Part shown: positions 24,399 to 33,597 of the stretch, piece after piece
Numbering within the stretch: position 1 is the stretch's first letter
How the letters are laid out: the number at the start of each line of letters is the position of its first letter
DNA from: a virus
Lineage: Duplodnaviria > Caudoviricetes
Virus record (IMG/VR): IMGVR_UViG_3300007004_000007
Location: 1 to 35,196 of that record
DNA length: 35,196 nucleotides
Strand: one strand, 5' to 3'
Made by a program: the position numbers and the translations under genes
Notes under the pieces: model-generated
Database searches by the model: none
What the model saw: the letters and a program-made list of their open reading frames with translations, nothing else
Told to the model about the DNA's origin: nothing

Positions 24399-26210
24399 AT
24401 GGCATTGGGCAAAGCGTTTATCGAGGTCCATGCCGACACGCGCCCTTTTGCCCGCCAAATCGGCAAAGAGCTGGACAAGATCCTTCGCGAGCATGAGAAG
24501 ACCGTCAAAGCCTCAGGCAACCGAGCCGGTGGGGCAATCGGCGATGGGATCAGCGACGGCATAAAAGGCAAGCGCAAAAAGATAGGCGACGGCCTCAGTG
24601 CGGCTTTGGACCCCAGGGCCAACGAGGGCATCTTCGCGCGCCTGGCCAAAGGCATCGTAGACACCCTCGACGATGGTCTGTCGGGTCTGCCCGCCGAGGT
24701 CAAGATCATCCTGGGTGCTGCCCTGGTAGCCATCGCACCTATCGCCGGATCGCTTATCGGAGCAGCTGTCGCCGCTGCCATCGTCACCGCTTTGACTGTC
24801 GGACTGGCCGGGATCGGCATCGTTGTCGCCTCCCAGTTCACCGAGATCCAAGGCGAATTCGTCGCGTTCATGCATGAGCTGCGAGACATCATCGTCGAAG
24901 ACGGGCAAGTCCTGTTCGCGCCCATGATGGCCGCATTGATCATGTTCGAAGACCGGCTGCTGGCTTTGCGGCCCATCTGGCAAGCAGTGTTCGGCGAAGC
25001 AGCCAAAGTCATCCTGCCCGTCATCGACGCACTACTGGGCTTCGTCGAACAGTTCGCCCCCCGCCTTGCCATAGCTTTGGGCGAAGCCGACGAGTTCACC
25101 GACATCCTCGGCGACGGCTTCCGCGAAATCGGTCGGGAAGCGGGAAACTTCCTGGCCATCATCGCCACCGATGACGACGCCAAAGCAGCTTTGAACGACA
25201 TGCTGTTGCTCATCCGGGACATCATCGTCGTCGTCGGGTCTGTGGTCTTGGGCTTCCTGGACATGTACGGAGCGATCCGCCAAGTCGCCATCGCCTTGGA
25301 CGTGTTCGGTCTCATCCAGCCCGACCTGGAAAAGCATGAGAAGACCCAGCTGAAAGCCGCCCAGGCAACAGCTTTGCTGGCCGCCGGGGCTCGTGGAACA
25401 GCAGCCGCCCTGGAATCCGAGGCGCAGAACCTGCGCGATGTCAACAAGGCCATTGAGGATTACATCAACGACTCGTTCAAAGCCTGGCAGGGCAACATCA
25501 ACTTCGAACAGTCCCTTGACGACATGACTGAAACACTCAAACAGCACCGTGGGGCCTTAAACCTCGACACCCAAGCCGGTAGGGACAACCAGAAAGCCAT
25601 CCTCGCCGCCGCTCAGGCTCTGATCATCCAACGTGCCAACACTGTCAACCTGACCGGATCCACCGAAGCAGCCAACGCCACCTTCGCCACCAACAGCGCC
25701 CGGCTCCGGGCAGCAGCCATCGCAGCTGGGATCACCGGGGCCAAGTTTGATGCGCTGACCCGCGAAATCCTTTCCGTCCCACCACCCATCAGCCCCGGCA
25801 TCAACCCCGCTGCGACAAATTCGGTCAACAACTCAGCCGGAGCTTTCCGGGGCCTGGCCGCCGCCATCCGAGCAGCCGCAGCAGCAGCAAGGGCAGCGGA
25901 AATCCTGCGGGTGGGGCGCGCCTGGGGCGGCGGCGTTCCAGAGTTCGCTGACGGAGGCATCGTCCCCGCCACCCCGGGCGGTCAAATCGTCCGCGTCGGT
26001 GAAGGTGGCTCATCGGAAACCATCATCCCGAACAACGACCCCGCGCGGGCCATGCAGCTGCTCAACCAGTCGGGTCTGTCCAACATGTTCAGCCCTGTCG
26101 TGAACGTGTTCGTCGGCAACAGTCAACTCAACGCCTACATCGACGCTCGGGTCAGCGAAATGATGACGACTTCAGCACGTGACCTGGCCTACGGAACGCG
26201 GGGAATCTGA
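24399..26210 (+). CDS. tape measure protein
   Basis: LGKAFIEVHADT..F N-terminus, Ala/Gly-rich helical body with a hydrophobic segment, FADGGIV...VGEGG..E.IIP. Confidence 0.9.
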   Translation: MALGKAFIEVHADTRPFARQIGKELDKILREHEKTVKASGNRAGGAIGDGISDGIKGKRKKIGDGLSAALDPRANEGIFARLAKGIVDTLDDGLSGLPAEVKIILGAALVAIAPIAGSLIGAAVAAAIVTALTVGLAGIGIVVASQFTEIQGEFVAFMHELRDIIVEDGQVLFAPMMAALIMFEDRLLALRPIWQAVFGEAAKVILPVIDALLGFVEQFAPRLAIALGEADEFTDILGDGFREIGREAGNFLAIIATDDDAKAALNDMLLLIRDIIVVVGSVVLGFLDMYGAIRQVAIALDVFGLIQPDLEKHEKTQLKAAQATALLAAGARGTAAALESEAQNLRDVNKAIEDYINDSFKAWQGNINFEQSLDDMTETLKQHRGALNLDTQAGRDNQKAILAAAQALIIQRANTVNLTGSTEAANATFATNSARLRAAAIAAGITGAKFDALTREILSVPPPISPGINPAATNSVNNSAGAFRGLAAAIRAAAAAARAAEILRVGRAWGGGVPEFADGGIVPATPGGQIVRVGEGGSSETIIPNNDPARAMQLLNQSGLSNMFSPVVNVFVGNSQLNAYIDARVSEMMTTSARDLAYGTRGI

Positions 26211-27817
26211 TGCCCACCATTGCCGCCTTCCCCGACGCCATCCGGGCTTATGTGCGCGTCGAAACAAACTGGGCCGACACCCCAGCCGTTGACTGTGTGA
26301 CCATCTACCGGGTTGACGCCGTCACCGGGGAACGCACACCTCTGCGGCCCTACATTTGCTTCGACGGCTGGTGTTTGGACGTGTCCTGCGGCCATGCGAT
26401 CTTCTGGGACACCGAAGTTCCGCTGGACCGTGAAGTGTTCTACACCGCCGAAAGCCCTGACGCGCCCTGCATCCCCACCGCACCACTGCTCTACGACCTG
26501 TTCACCAGAACCGTTGTCGCCGGGTGGGGATCGGCGACATCAGGCCAGGCCTACAGTCTGCTCAACGGTGTTGCCGCCGACTACAACGTCGACGGATCCA
26601 GAGGCACCATCAGCGTCACCGCCACCCTGTCAGACCGAGGTCAGCGCGTCGACGTCGGTGAGCGAAACGTTGACGCTGTCATCACCTTGGCCAACCCGGG
26701 AGCACCCGTGACCAACGGGGTGCAGATGGGTGTGGCCGTTCGGCTCACCGACGCCAGCAACTACTACAGCGCCCGCGCTTCCTTCAGCCCCGCAGGGCAG
26801 GTCACGGCTTGGCTCGCCAAAATGGTGGCCGGAGTCGAAACCACCATCCTCACCGGCTCAACAGCGCTGAGCACAGGCGGTCCGGATGTGCAGCTGAGGG
26901 TGCAGGTGCTGGGCTCCACTCTGCGGATGCGACTGTGGTACGCGGGCTCCACGGAGCCAGCAACCTGGGACCTTTCCGTCACCGACACGAGCCTGACCAC
27001 CGGCACGCAAGTTGCCCCGTTCGCGACTCGCCAGGTCACCAGCACCTCCCCGACAGTGTTCGCGTTCGACAACTTCTACGTCACCGGACCCTGCGACGAA
27101 TGTGAGCCGGTGACAGTGTCAACCGAACCTTTGACCATCGGTTCGGATGGCAAGTTCAGGTTGAAAGACCCGGTTCGCCCATGCCGGGATCTGGTGGTGC
27201 CACTGTGCTTCGACCAGGTTGCCAGCCCCGAATGCCTGCCAGGTTCCGGGGTCTTCTTCGCCTCCATGGCATCTGAGGCCTACGCCACCAACAGCATCTC
27301 CGTCAACCCCACCAACGCCGAGTTCCCCATTGCGATGAGCCGTACCCGGCGAGGTGTTTCATCCACACTGACCCTGGTCACCCGGACCTTCGCTGACCGT
27401 GACGCGTTGAAGCTAATAACCAAACCAGGTTCACCGCTGCTGTTCCAAGGCCCGCCGCAGTACGGGATACCTGACCGCTACATGGATGTCGGGGATACTG
27501 ACTTCGACCGTGGCAAATCTGACCACAAGTACCAGGCCAGGGTCGCTGCGTTGCCCCACACCGAAGTTGCCCGTCCCGCTGGCCCCACCTTGGGTGTCTG
27601 CGGTTCAAGGGTCATGGACCTGTGCGATGTCTACGCCACTTGGCAGGACATGGTCGACGCTGGTCTGAACTGGGATGACCTGATCCGGGGTCGTGCCGGT
27701 CAGCCCGATCCGACAACCGGGTTCCGCACCTGGGCTGATGTGCGGACCGAGTTCACCGACTGGGCTGACGTTGATGACGGCACCCGGACCTGGTTTGACC
27801 TGCTGGTGGGTGACTGA
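26210..27817 (+). CDS. distal tail (Dit)-like minor tail protein with inserted beta-sandwich domain
   Basis: After the TMP; D.EVPLD..V.Y, LKDP.RP, R......L.L.T; lectin-like insert D.FTRTV..GWG...EPATW...TD...FDNF. Confidence 0.75.
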   Translation: MPTIAAFPDAIRAYVRVETNWADTPAVDCVTIYRVDAVTGERTPLRPYICFDGWCLDVSCGHAIFWDTEVPLDREVFYTAESPDAPCIPTAPLLYDLFTRTVVAGWGSATSGQAYSLLNGVAADYNVDGSRGTISVTATLSDRGQRVDVGERNVDAVITLANPGAPVTNGVQMGVAVRLTDASNYYSARASFSPAGQVTAWLAKMVAGVETTILTGSTALSTGGPDVQLRVQVLGSTLRMRLWYAGSTEPATWDLSVTDTSLTTGTQVAPFATRQVTSTSPTVFAFDNFYVTGPCDECEPVTVSTEPLTIGSDGKFRLKDPVRPCRDLVVPLCFDQVASPECLPGSGVFFASMASEAYATNSISVNPTNAEFPIAMSRTRRGVSSTLTLVTRTFADRDALKLITKPGSPLLFQGPPQYGIPDRYMDVGDTDFDRGKSDHKYQARVAALPHTEVARPAGPTLGVCGSRVMDLCDVYATWQDMVDAGLNWDDLIRGRAGQPDPTTGFRTWADVRTEFTDWADVDDGTRTWFDLLVGD

Positions 27818-28929
27818 TGCTGCCAGGTGGTTTGGATGACGCGTACCGGGCGGCTTTGACGACATCGCATCGGCCCTACTTCAACATCAGCATCCTCGAC
27901 GGTGACCAGAACCTGCTGGAAGAGGGGATCACCTACCTGTCGGGGTCGGTGTCGGCAACGCTGACATCCCGGGTGGCAAGAACCTGCGACCTCGTCCTGG
28001 ATGAGTCTTTCTACCCTTACCTGCCAACGGATTTGCTGGCACCCTACGGCAACATTTTGGAAGCTGAAAGGGGAATCGAGTTCGCTGACAGTTCCCGCTT
28101 CTCCTGGACAGTGTTCATCGGACGCATCCAGCAGACGGAACTGGGTTCGGACGGGGCGGTTCGCTGCTTCGCCGCTGACTTCGCCAACGACATCGGCGAT
28201 GTTAAGTTTCTGCTGCCCGAGAACTCACAGACCGGTGTCACCGTCCCCACCGAAGTCAGGCGGCTCATCTCCGACGCCAAGCCTGATGCGACGTTTGGTG
28301 CCTTCGACTCTTTCACCCAGCCGGTTCAGCCGCTGACGTGGCAGCTGGACCGGGCGCAGGCTTTGGATGAGTTGGCCCAGTCGGTGGGTGCTTTCTGGTA
28401 TCCACTGGCCGATGGGCATTTTGTGCTTCGCCGGTATCAGTGGACTGTGCCCGGGGACCCTGTTGTCACCTACTCCGACGGCGATGGTGGCTCAGTCATC
28501 GTGTCGTCTGCCTCGCGTGCCCGGGAGTCGGTGTACAACTCGCTGACGGTCACGGGGGAACGGCTCAACGGTGATGCCCCCGTGTATGCCACAGCCCAGG
28601 ACACGACCCCGTCCTCACCGACGTACATCCTGGGACCGTTTGGCCGCCGTCATCAGCTGATGCGGTTGCAGACCCCGTCGACTCAGGCCGCAGCTCAGGG
28701 TGCGGCGTTCGACAACCTGCGCAGGTTGAGCGCCCTGGTCGATTCATGGTCGTGGGCGATGACCCCCGACGCGTCGCTGGAGTTGGGTGATGTCGTCAGC
28801 CTCGATGTTCGCGATAGGTCCGGTATTGTGCAGGTTGTCGCTGAATTTCACCTACCATTGGATGTGTCCGGCTTGATGACGGTTTCGGGACGTTCACAGA
28901 TCCTGGGCACACTGGAGGGGGTGGTGTAG
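27817..28929 (+). CDS. baseplate hub/Tal-like minor tail protein
   Basis: GSVSA...SRVARTC.L, LAPYG......RGI, R..VYN...V.GE, T...GPFGR, LELGDVV. Confidence 0.75.
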   Translation: MLPGGLDDAYRAALTTSHRPYFNISILDGDQNLLEEGITYLSGSVSATLTSRVARTCDLVLDESFYPYLPTDLLAPYGNILEAERGIEFADSSRFSWTVFIGRIQQTELGSDGAVRCFAADFANDIGDVKFLLPENSQTGVTVPTEVRRLISDAKPDATFGAFDSFTQPVQPLTWQLDRAQALDELAQSVGAFWYPLADGHFVLRRYQWTVPGDPVVTYSDGDGGSVIVSSASRARESVYNSLTVTGERLNGDAPVYATAQDTTPSSPTYILGPFGRRHQLMRLQTPSTQAAAQGAAFDNLRRLSALVDSWSWAMTPDASLELGDVVSLDVRDRSGIVQVVAEFHLPLDVSGLMTVSGRSQILGTLEGVV

Positions 28930-29525
28930 TGGTTGCCTGCACATCCGATTTCGGCTTGCCCTACCAGGAATGCTCCGACCCGCCCTGCGACTTGGCGCAG
29001 GTGTGGTGCGACCTGGTGAACCTGGTCGAAGCTGAGCTGCTTGCAGGCGATGACGTGGTGGCTCGGACGTCGACAGCTGTTCCGCTAGCCATGATCCACT
29101 ATGAGCCGGATGTAGCTGTGGCGCTGGGTGGCGGCGAGGTGCCTTTCGACACCGTCCTGGCCGACACCGACGACATGGTTGACCTGACCGTTTTCCCCGG
29201 GATCCTTCCCAAGCGCAACGGTAACTATCTCATCGACGTGCACCTGCGCTACGGACTTGGTTTGGACAACGCCCGCGAAGGTGCCTACATCCGCATCGGC
29301 AACGTCACGATGCCTGTCATCGGTGGCACGCTGCCCGCCGTGGCAACGGCTTACACCCGAGGCCTCACCAATCACGACGACGAGGTTCGCGGTTCCATGC
29401 TGTGGCAGTTCAACGACACATCCCCGATTCCTCGTGACATCACTGTCATCGACCATGGAACGTCGGGCACCAATCCGTTGCAGCTGGCGACTTTGACCGT
29501 CTACTGGCATTCGGATGTGAGCTGA
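28929..29525 (+). CDS. minor tail protein
   Basis: T..FGLPY N-terminus; FDTV..DTD.M..L...G.Y C1q/TNF-like C-domain. Confidence 0.7.
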   Translation: MVACTSDFGLPYQECSDPPCDLAQVWCDLVNLVEAELLAGDDVVARTSTAVPLAMIHYEPDVAVALGGGEVPFDTVLADTDDMVDLTVFPGILPKRNGNYLIDVHLRYGLGLDNAREGAYIRIGNVTMPVIGGTLPAVATAYTRGLTNHDDEVRGSMLWQFNDTSPIPRDITVIDHGTSGTNPLQLATLTVYWHSDVS

Positions 29526-30196
29526 TGGAACCCGTCGGAACCCACGGCCTGTCCTGCATCGGGGACGAAGACTTCGCAGCCCTCGCCCTGTACATGCAAT
29601 GCCTCGGCGAAGGAATCGACGATGCTTTGGGTGCTCAGCAGACGTCGCTGCAAAGCTTCATGGACCAGCCCACCATCATCGTGACCTCCACCGCCGATCG
29701 AACCATTCCCCTCGCCACGCCGACCATCAGCGACCTGTTCAACATCGAACTGTTCAACAACACCAATTTCATGAGCTTGGCTTTCGCATCCGCACCAGGG
29801 GTCAATTCGATTCAGATCGGCTCAGCGCCTGGATCCCCAGTGACAGTGCCATACCCTCGCGGGGTTTACGTCATCGGCGGAACCACCACCATGGATGCCG
29901 TAGGGGCCGTGACGGTGATGAGTTCACGGGGATTGAACATCACCGTCGACGACCCAACGGCCCCACCACCGGGTTTCAACTCCCCATCGGTGACCGATCA
30001 AACCTACGACCCGAGCGTGTTCCCGTTCACGGTTGCCCAGAACGTTAAGTTCGAAGTGGTCCTCGATGGCATCAGCGGAGTCAACGTGACCTTTTCCTCC
30101 TTCCACACCAACGTCGCCAGTGATGTCGCCGTGCTGGCATTCGCTTTCGCCTACGTCACCTACATCGGGCCGCGTGACATTGTGGAGGTGACCTGA
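29525..30196 (+). CDS. minor tail protein
   Basis: Coupled ORF; related N-terminal helix and beta-rich C-domain. Confidence 0.7.
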   Translation: MEPVGTHGLSCIGDEDFAALALYMQCLGEGIDDALGAQQTSLQSFMDQPTIIVTSTADRTIPLATPTISDLFNIELFNNTNFMSLAFASAPGVNSIQIGSAPGSPVTVPYPRGVYVIGGTTTMDAVGAVTVMSSRGLNITVDDPTAPPPGFNSPSVTDQTYDPSVFPFTVAQNVKFEVVLDGISGVNVTFSSFHTNVASDVAVLAFAFAYVTYIGPRDIVEVT

Positions 30197-30777
30197 TGCC
30201 AAGCGCTACACCGACTTTCGGGATCCGCTACCCATGCCAGGGTGAGCAGATTAGCTGCGTCGATTTCGAGAACTTCGCCGAAGATGTCGACAACGCTTTG
30301 ACAACTGTGTCGACTCTGCGCGATACAGCTCTGCATCGCCCCGCTATCTCATTGGCCACAGCGACGACAGGCTTCTCCGTCGGCTCAGGTGCGGAAGCCA
30401 CCATAGGTTTCGACACGATCGTGTTCAACCATGGCATGACCGTGGCAGCTGCCCCGCCTTACACCACTGTGTCAGCAACCCGAAACGGTATCTACATGGT
30501 GACAGCCGAGTTCTCGCCTTTGAACGCTGTCACGACGCTGACGTCATGGACGGGTCGGGTCAAGTGTCCGTCGAACCTGGGGAGGGTGGCTGCTGGCAGA
30601 ACCTTGGCCCGCAGCATCGCCACCACCGACGGTTTCAACATCAACGTTTCCGGACTCGGGCGGATGGACACCGCAGCTGGCAGCCTGGACGCTTCGGCCA
30701 CGTGGATTTGGACAGGCACAGGTGGGCCAATGTTCGTGTACTGCAAATTTACTGTCGCATTCGTTTGTGACGCGTGA
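30196..30777 (+). CDS. minor tail protein
   Basis: MPSATPTFGIRYP...FAEDVD; FDTIVFN...NGIY.V. Confidence 0.7.
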   Translation: MPSATPTFGIRYPCQGEQISCVDFENFAEDVDNALTTVSTLRDTALHRPAISLATATTGFSVGSGAEATIGFDTIVFNHGMTVAAAPPYTTVSATRNGIYMVTAEFSPLNAVTTLTSWTGRVKCPSNLGRVAAGRTLARSIATTDGFNINVSGLGRMDTAAGSLDASATWIWTGTGGPMFVYCKFTVAFVCDA

Positions 30778-30786
30778 GGAAAAGCC

Positions 30787-31482
30787 ATGTCGACTAACAC
30801 ACCTGACCAGCAGATCACCCTGCCGAGCCTCACTGACCTGGCTGACAATCCGCTCGCGTTCACTGACATGATCGCTGATGTCGAAACCCGGCTGGTGCTG
30901 AAATACACCGACGAAGCCGACAGGGCAGCTCGGCATACCGCACCGGTTGAAGGCGATGTCACGGACTTGGCTTCCGAGAACCGCCGCGACGCTTACACCG
31001 GTTCGGTGTATATCAGCGACTACACCCGTGGCTTGTTCGCGAAAGCATTCCGGACCACTGACGCCACACCCATCAACGCTTCAACAACCCTGGTCAGCGA
31101 TTCTGTTCTGGTGGTGTCGCTGCCAGCAACCGGAACGTTCATGTGGGAAGCCGTGTTCTTCTACGACTCGTCGCAGACCGCTGACTTCAAAGTGGCTTAC
31201 ACCTGGGGTGGCAGCACAGCCACCTGGGGCATGACAGGCCTGTCGACAACAGCCGTGGCAACCGTGGGTGACGCGCAGTTCGCCGTTCAAACCGTCTCAG
31301 GCACCGCCACAGCTGTCGGAGGTGCGGCTGTGGGCACCCGGACCATGTGCACCACCAAAGGTCACATCGTCATGAGTGGTGCAGCGACCACTTTGCAAAC
31401 CCAGTACGCCCAGAACACCTCTGACGCCACCAACACAACGGTTCGGACGGGCTCGCGGCTGCTGGTGTGGCGGGTGGCCTGA
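30787..31482 (+). CDS. minor tail/receptor-binding protein
   Basis: T.TPDQQITLP...D..P......DVE..LVL.Y.D.A.R.A....P.EG; beta-sandwich head ending TTVRTGS.L...RV. Confidence 0.7.
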   Translation: MSTNTPDQQITLPSLTDLADNPLAFTDMIADVETRLVLKYTDEADRAARHTAPVEGDVTDLASENRRDAYTGSVYISDYTRGLFAKAFRTTDATPINASTTLVSDSVLVVSLPATGTFMWEAVFFYDSSQTADFKVAYTWGGSTATWGMTGLSTTAVATVGDAQFAVQTVSGTATAVGGAAVGTRTMCTTKGHIVMSGAATTLQTQYAQNTSDATNTTVRTGSRLLVWRVA

Positions 31483-32132
31483 TGGGTTTGCCGGATCGGA
31501 TCCGTTCAGCCGTGGGTCAGCCAGCCACGGTTCGGATAGGCGTCATCGCCTCGGTGTTCCCCTTGACTGTGAACGTTCAGGGGGCCATTTTCACCGATGT
31601 CGGGATCGGTGGCTCCTACTTCCCCACCGTCGGTGACACTGTTGCCCTGCTAGGTCAGTCCCCACAGTCGGGTTCGGATGCGACATCGTGGCTGATCCTG
31701 GATTCGATGTCGGGTGGCGCGCAGGTCCCGAGCCTGCCCAGGTCCCTGTCTGCTGACGCGACAGCCCCACTGAGCCTGCCGCTGGTCCTGACTGACATCG
31801 TGGGTGCGTCGATCGCTTTCACGACCTTGGCCCCGTCGACGCTGATCCAGGCCTGGTATGTGGCTGACTTCGATGTCATCGGAGCTACTGTGTCGACGGT
31901 CCTGGTTCGGCCAGTCCTTGATGGTGCGGTCATGTCGTCTCAGACGCAGAGTGTTTTCGAGATGCCGGTGGCTGCTGCCGCTGGCCGCTGGTCGCTGAGC
32001 AACTACGCGTCGACGACTGTGGCCGGTGGCGCTCATGTGATCAAGTTGCAGGGTCAGACCGCTACCGCCACAGCTAATCAGGTGCGGGTCAACTCGCTGA
32101 CCACAGGAATCATGATTAATATCTACGGCTAG
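31482..32132 (+). CDS. minor tail protein with N-terminal OB-fold-like spike domain
   Basis: RIG.I.SV.PLTV.V.G...SY.P.VGD.V.L...WLIL; beta-sandwich C-domain. Confidence 0.65.
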   Translation: MGLPDRIRSAVGQPATVRIGVIASVFPLTVNVQGAIFTDVGIGGSYFPTVGDTVALLGQSPQSGSDATSWLILDSMSGGAQVPSLPRSLSADATAPLSLPLVLTDIVGASIAFTTLAPSTLIQAWYVADFDVIGATVSTVLVRPVLDGAVMSSQTQSVFEMPVAAAAGRWSLSNYASTTVAGGAHVIKLQGQTATATANQVRVNSLTTGIMINIYG

Positions 32133-32166
32133 GTGAATTGTCTAGCCTTGTTGATATGATGCCGTT

Positions 32167-32310
32167 ATGACCGAATCTGTGAAGGGCTTCAGCTTCGATC
32201 CCGACAAGCTCATAGTTGACGAGATCACCCGCTGGGCTGAAGACGACGACCCTGAGCAGCTGATGGGCTCCGATGCGCCTGACGCCAACGAGGCTGACGA
32301 CGATGCCTGA
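32167..32310 (+). CDS. 47-aa acidic peptide
   Basis: Leaderless ATG 6 nt after TGaTATGAT; MTESVKGFSFDPDK...DANEADDDA; overlaps the lysin start. Confidence 0.6.
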   Translation: MTESVKGFSFDPDKLIVDEITRWAEDDDPEQLMGSDAPDANEADDDA

Positions 32311-32908
32311 AGCCTACGAGGCTCCCAGCCTGGACCGGCTGGAGAAGGCACTGAACCGGCGCTGGCCGAAACGGGACCGCAGCTCCGACGGATGGATAGG
32401 CGACAAGGCTCACCAGTCCCGCACATCTGATCACAACAAGGATCCGAAGACTGGTGTTGTCAGGGCCCGCGACACCGACAAGGACGGTGTTCACATCCCC
32501 ACCGTTCTGGCTTCGATGTTCCTGCATCCTTCGACCAAGTATGTGATCCACGCTAAGCGGATCTGGCACATTGACAAGCTGTTCAAGCCCAAGGTTTATA
32601 CCGGATCGAATGACCACGCCGGGCACGTTCATGAGTCGATCCAGCACACCAGGGCGGCTGAGAATTCGGCCGCCAAGTGGGAGCTGATTGAGACGGTGCC
32701 GTCGTGGAGGACGCTGAAACTGGGCGACAGGAACATGTCGGTTCGTCAGCTTCAGGCTTACCTGAATGGCCACATGGCGTCACTTGCTGTCGATGGCCGG
32801 TTCGGAGCTGGCACACTGGCGGCTGTGAAAGCTTTCCAGCGTCGCCACAAGCTGAAGGTCGATGGCTGGGTTGGCCCGCAGACCCGCGCGGCCCTGAGGA
32901 CGAAATGA
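32303..32908 (+). CDS. endolysin (M15-like Zn peptidase + PG_binding_1)
   Basis: DGWIGD.AH...SDHN...RARD...H..HVH; C-terminal VRQLQ..LN...VDG.FG..T..AVKAFQ....L.VDG.VGPQT. Confidence 0.85.
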   Translation: MPEAYEAPSLDRLEKALNRRWPKRDRSSDGWIGDKAHQSRTSDHNKDPKTGVVRARDTDKDGVHIPTVLASMFLHPSTKYVIHAKRIWHIDKLFKPKVYTGSNDHAGHVHESIQHTRAAENSAAKWELIETVPSWRTLKLGDRNMSVRQLQAYLNGHMASLAVDGRFGAGTLAAVKAFQRRHKLKVDGWVGPQTRAALRTK

Positions 32909-32917
32909 GACCCGGTT

Positions 32918-33253
32918 ATGCCACGTGTTGAAGTGCCGGTGACACGCACGTCAAGGGTGCAGGTGTTCTGCGCCCCGACTTCGGCATCCGGTGACCCCGT
33001 CAACGGTCATTTCATGGTCAACGACGGGGCTTCGCTGCTGTGGATTCGCTCAGCTGCCGCAGGTGATGAGACAGTGTCGACGATCCTTGTCGAATCGCTG
33101 GACTTCCAAGTTCCCGGGCCTGTTGTCCTGACCATCCCCGGCAACTGCCCAGGTGTGATGGCGGGCCCATTTCCGACCAACCTGTATGGCAGCATACTGA
33201 ACTTTGATGTTTCCACCGCCAGCTTCGAAATCATGGCGTTTACTTTGCTTTAG
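32918..33253 (+). CDS. putative virion decoration protein
   Basis: D.VNGH...NDG..LL.I...TIP......GPFP...YG..L..D, a small all-beta phage structural pattern. Confidence 0.5.
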   Translation: MPRVEVPVTRTSRVQVFCAPTSASGDPVNGHFMVNDGASLLWIRSAAAGDETVSTILVESLDFQVPGPVVLTIPGNCPGVMAGPFPTNLYGSILNFDVSTASFEIMAFTLL

Positions 33254-33278
33254 TCGGAGAAAACTACGACCATTGGTT

Positions 33279-33587
33279 ATGACTGTGATGACTCCCGTGC
33301 CCGCATACGACGATGACATGCCCACGAACCGAGAGATGTACCGAACTTTGTGCGACTTTCGGGAAGAGTGGCGCATCCAGATGACCGCGTTTGTGCGCCG
33401 CGATGTCTACGCCGCTGAGCAGGAAGCTCTGATGCGCCGGGTCACTTTGGTGGAGCAGACCATGGCTGCCGACAAAGCCGAGCAGGCCAAGGAGCGGGCG
33501 GCTTTGAAGACACAGTTCAACGGCATGTGGTTCTCCATCGCTGCGGCTGTGGCAGCTGCGGCTTTCATCGCAGCGTGGATCAAGTAG
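33279..33587 (+). CDS. membrane protein (coiled coil + C-terminal TM)
   Basis: FVRRDVY.AE....RV..VE; single C-terminal TM helix; lysis region. Start uncertain. Confidence 0.65.
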   Translation: MTVMTPVPAYDDDMPTNREMYRTLCDFREEWRIQMTAFVRRDVYAAEQEALMRRVTLVEQTMAADKAEQAKERAALKTQFNGMWFSIAAAVAAAAFIAAWIK

Positions 33588-33597
33588 AGGAGTCATC

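Noticed and set aside
24386-25547. Long minus-strand ORFs opposite the tape measure gene
   Set aside because: Shadow frames with Ser/Ala/Met-rich or otherwise uninformative composition.
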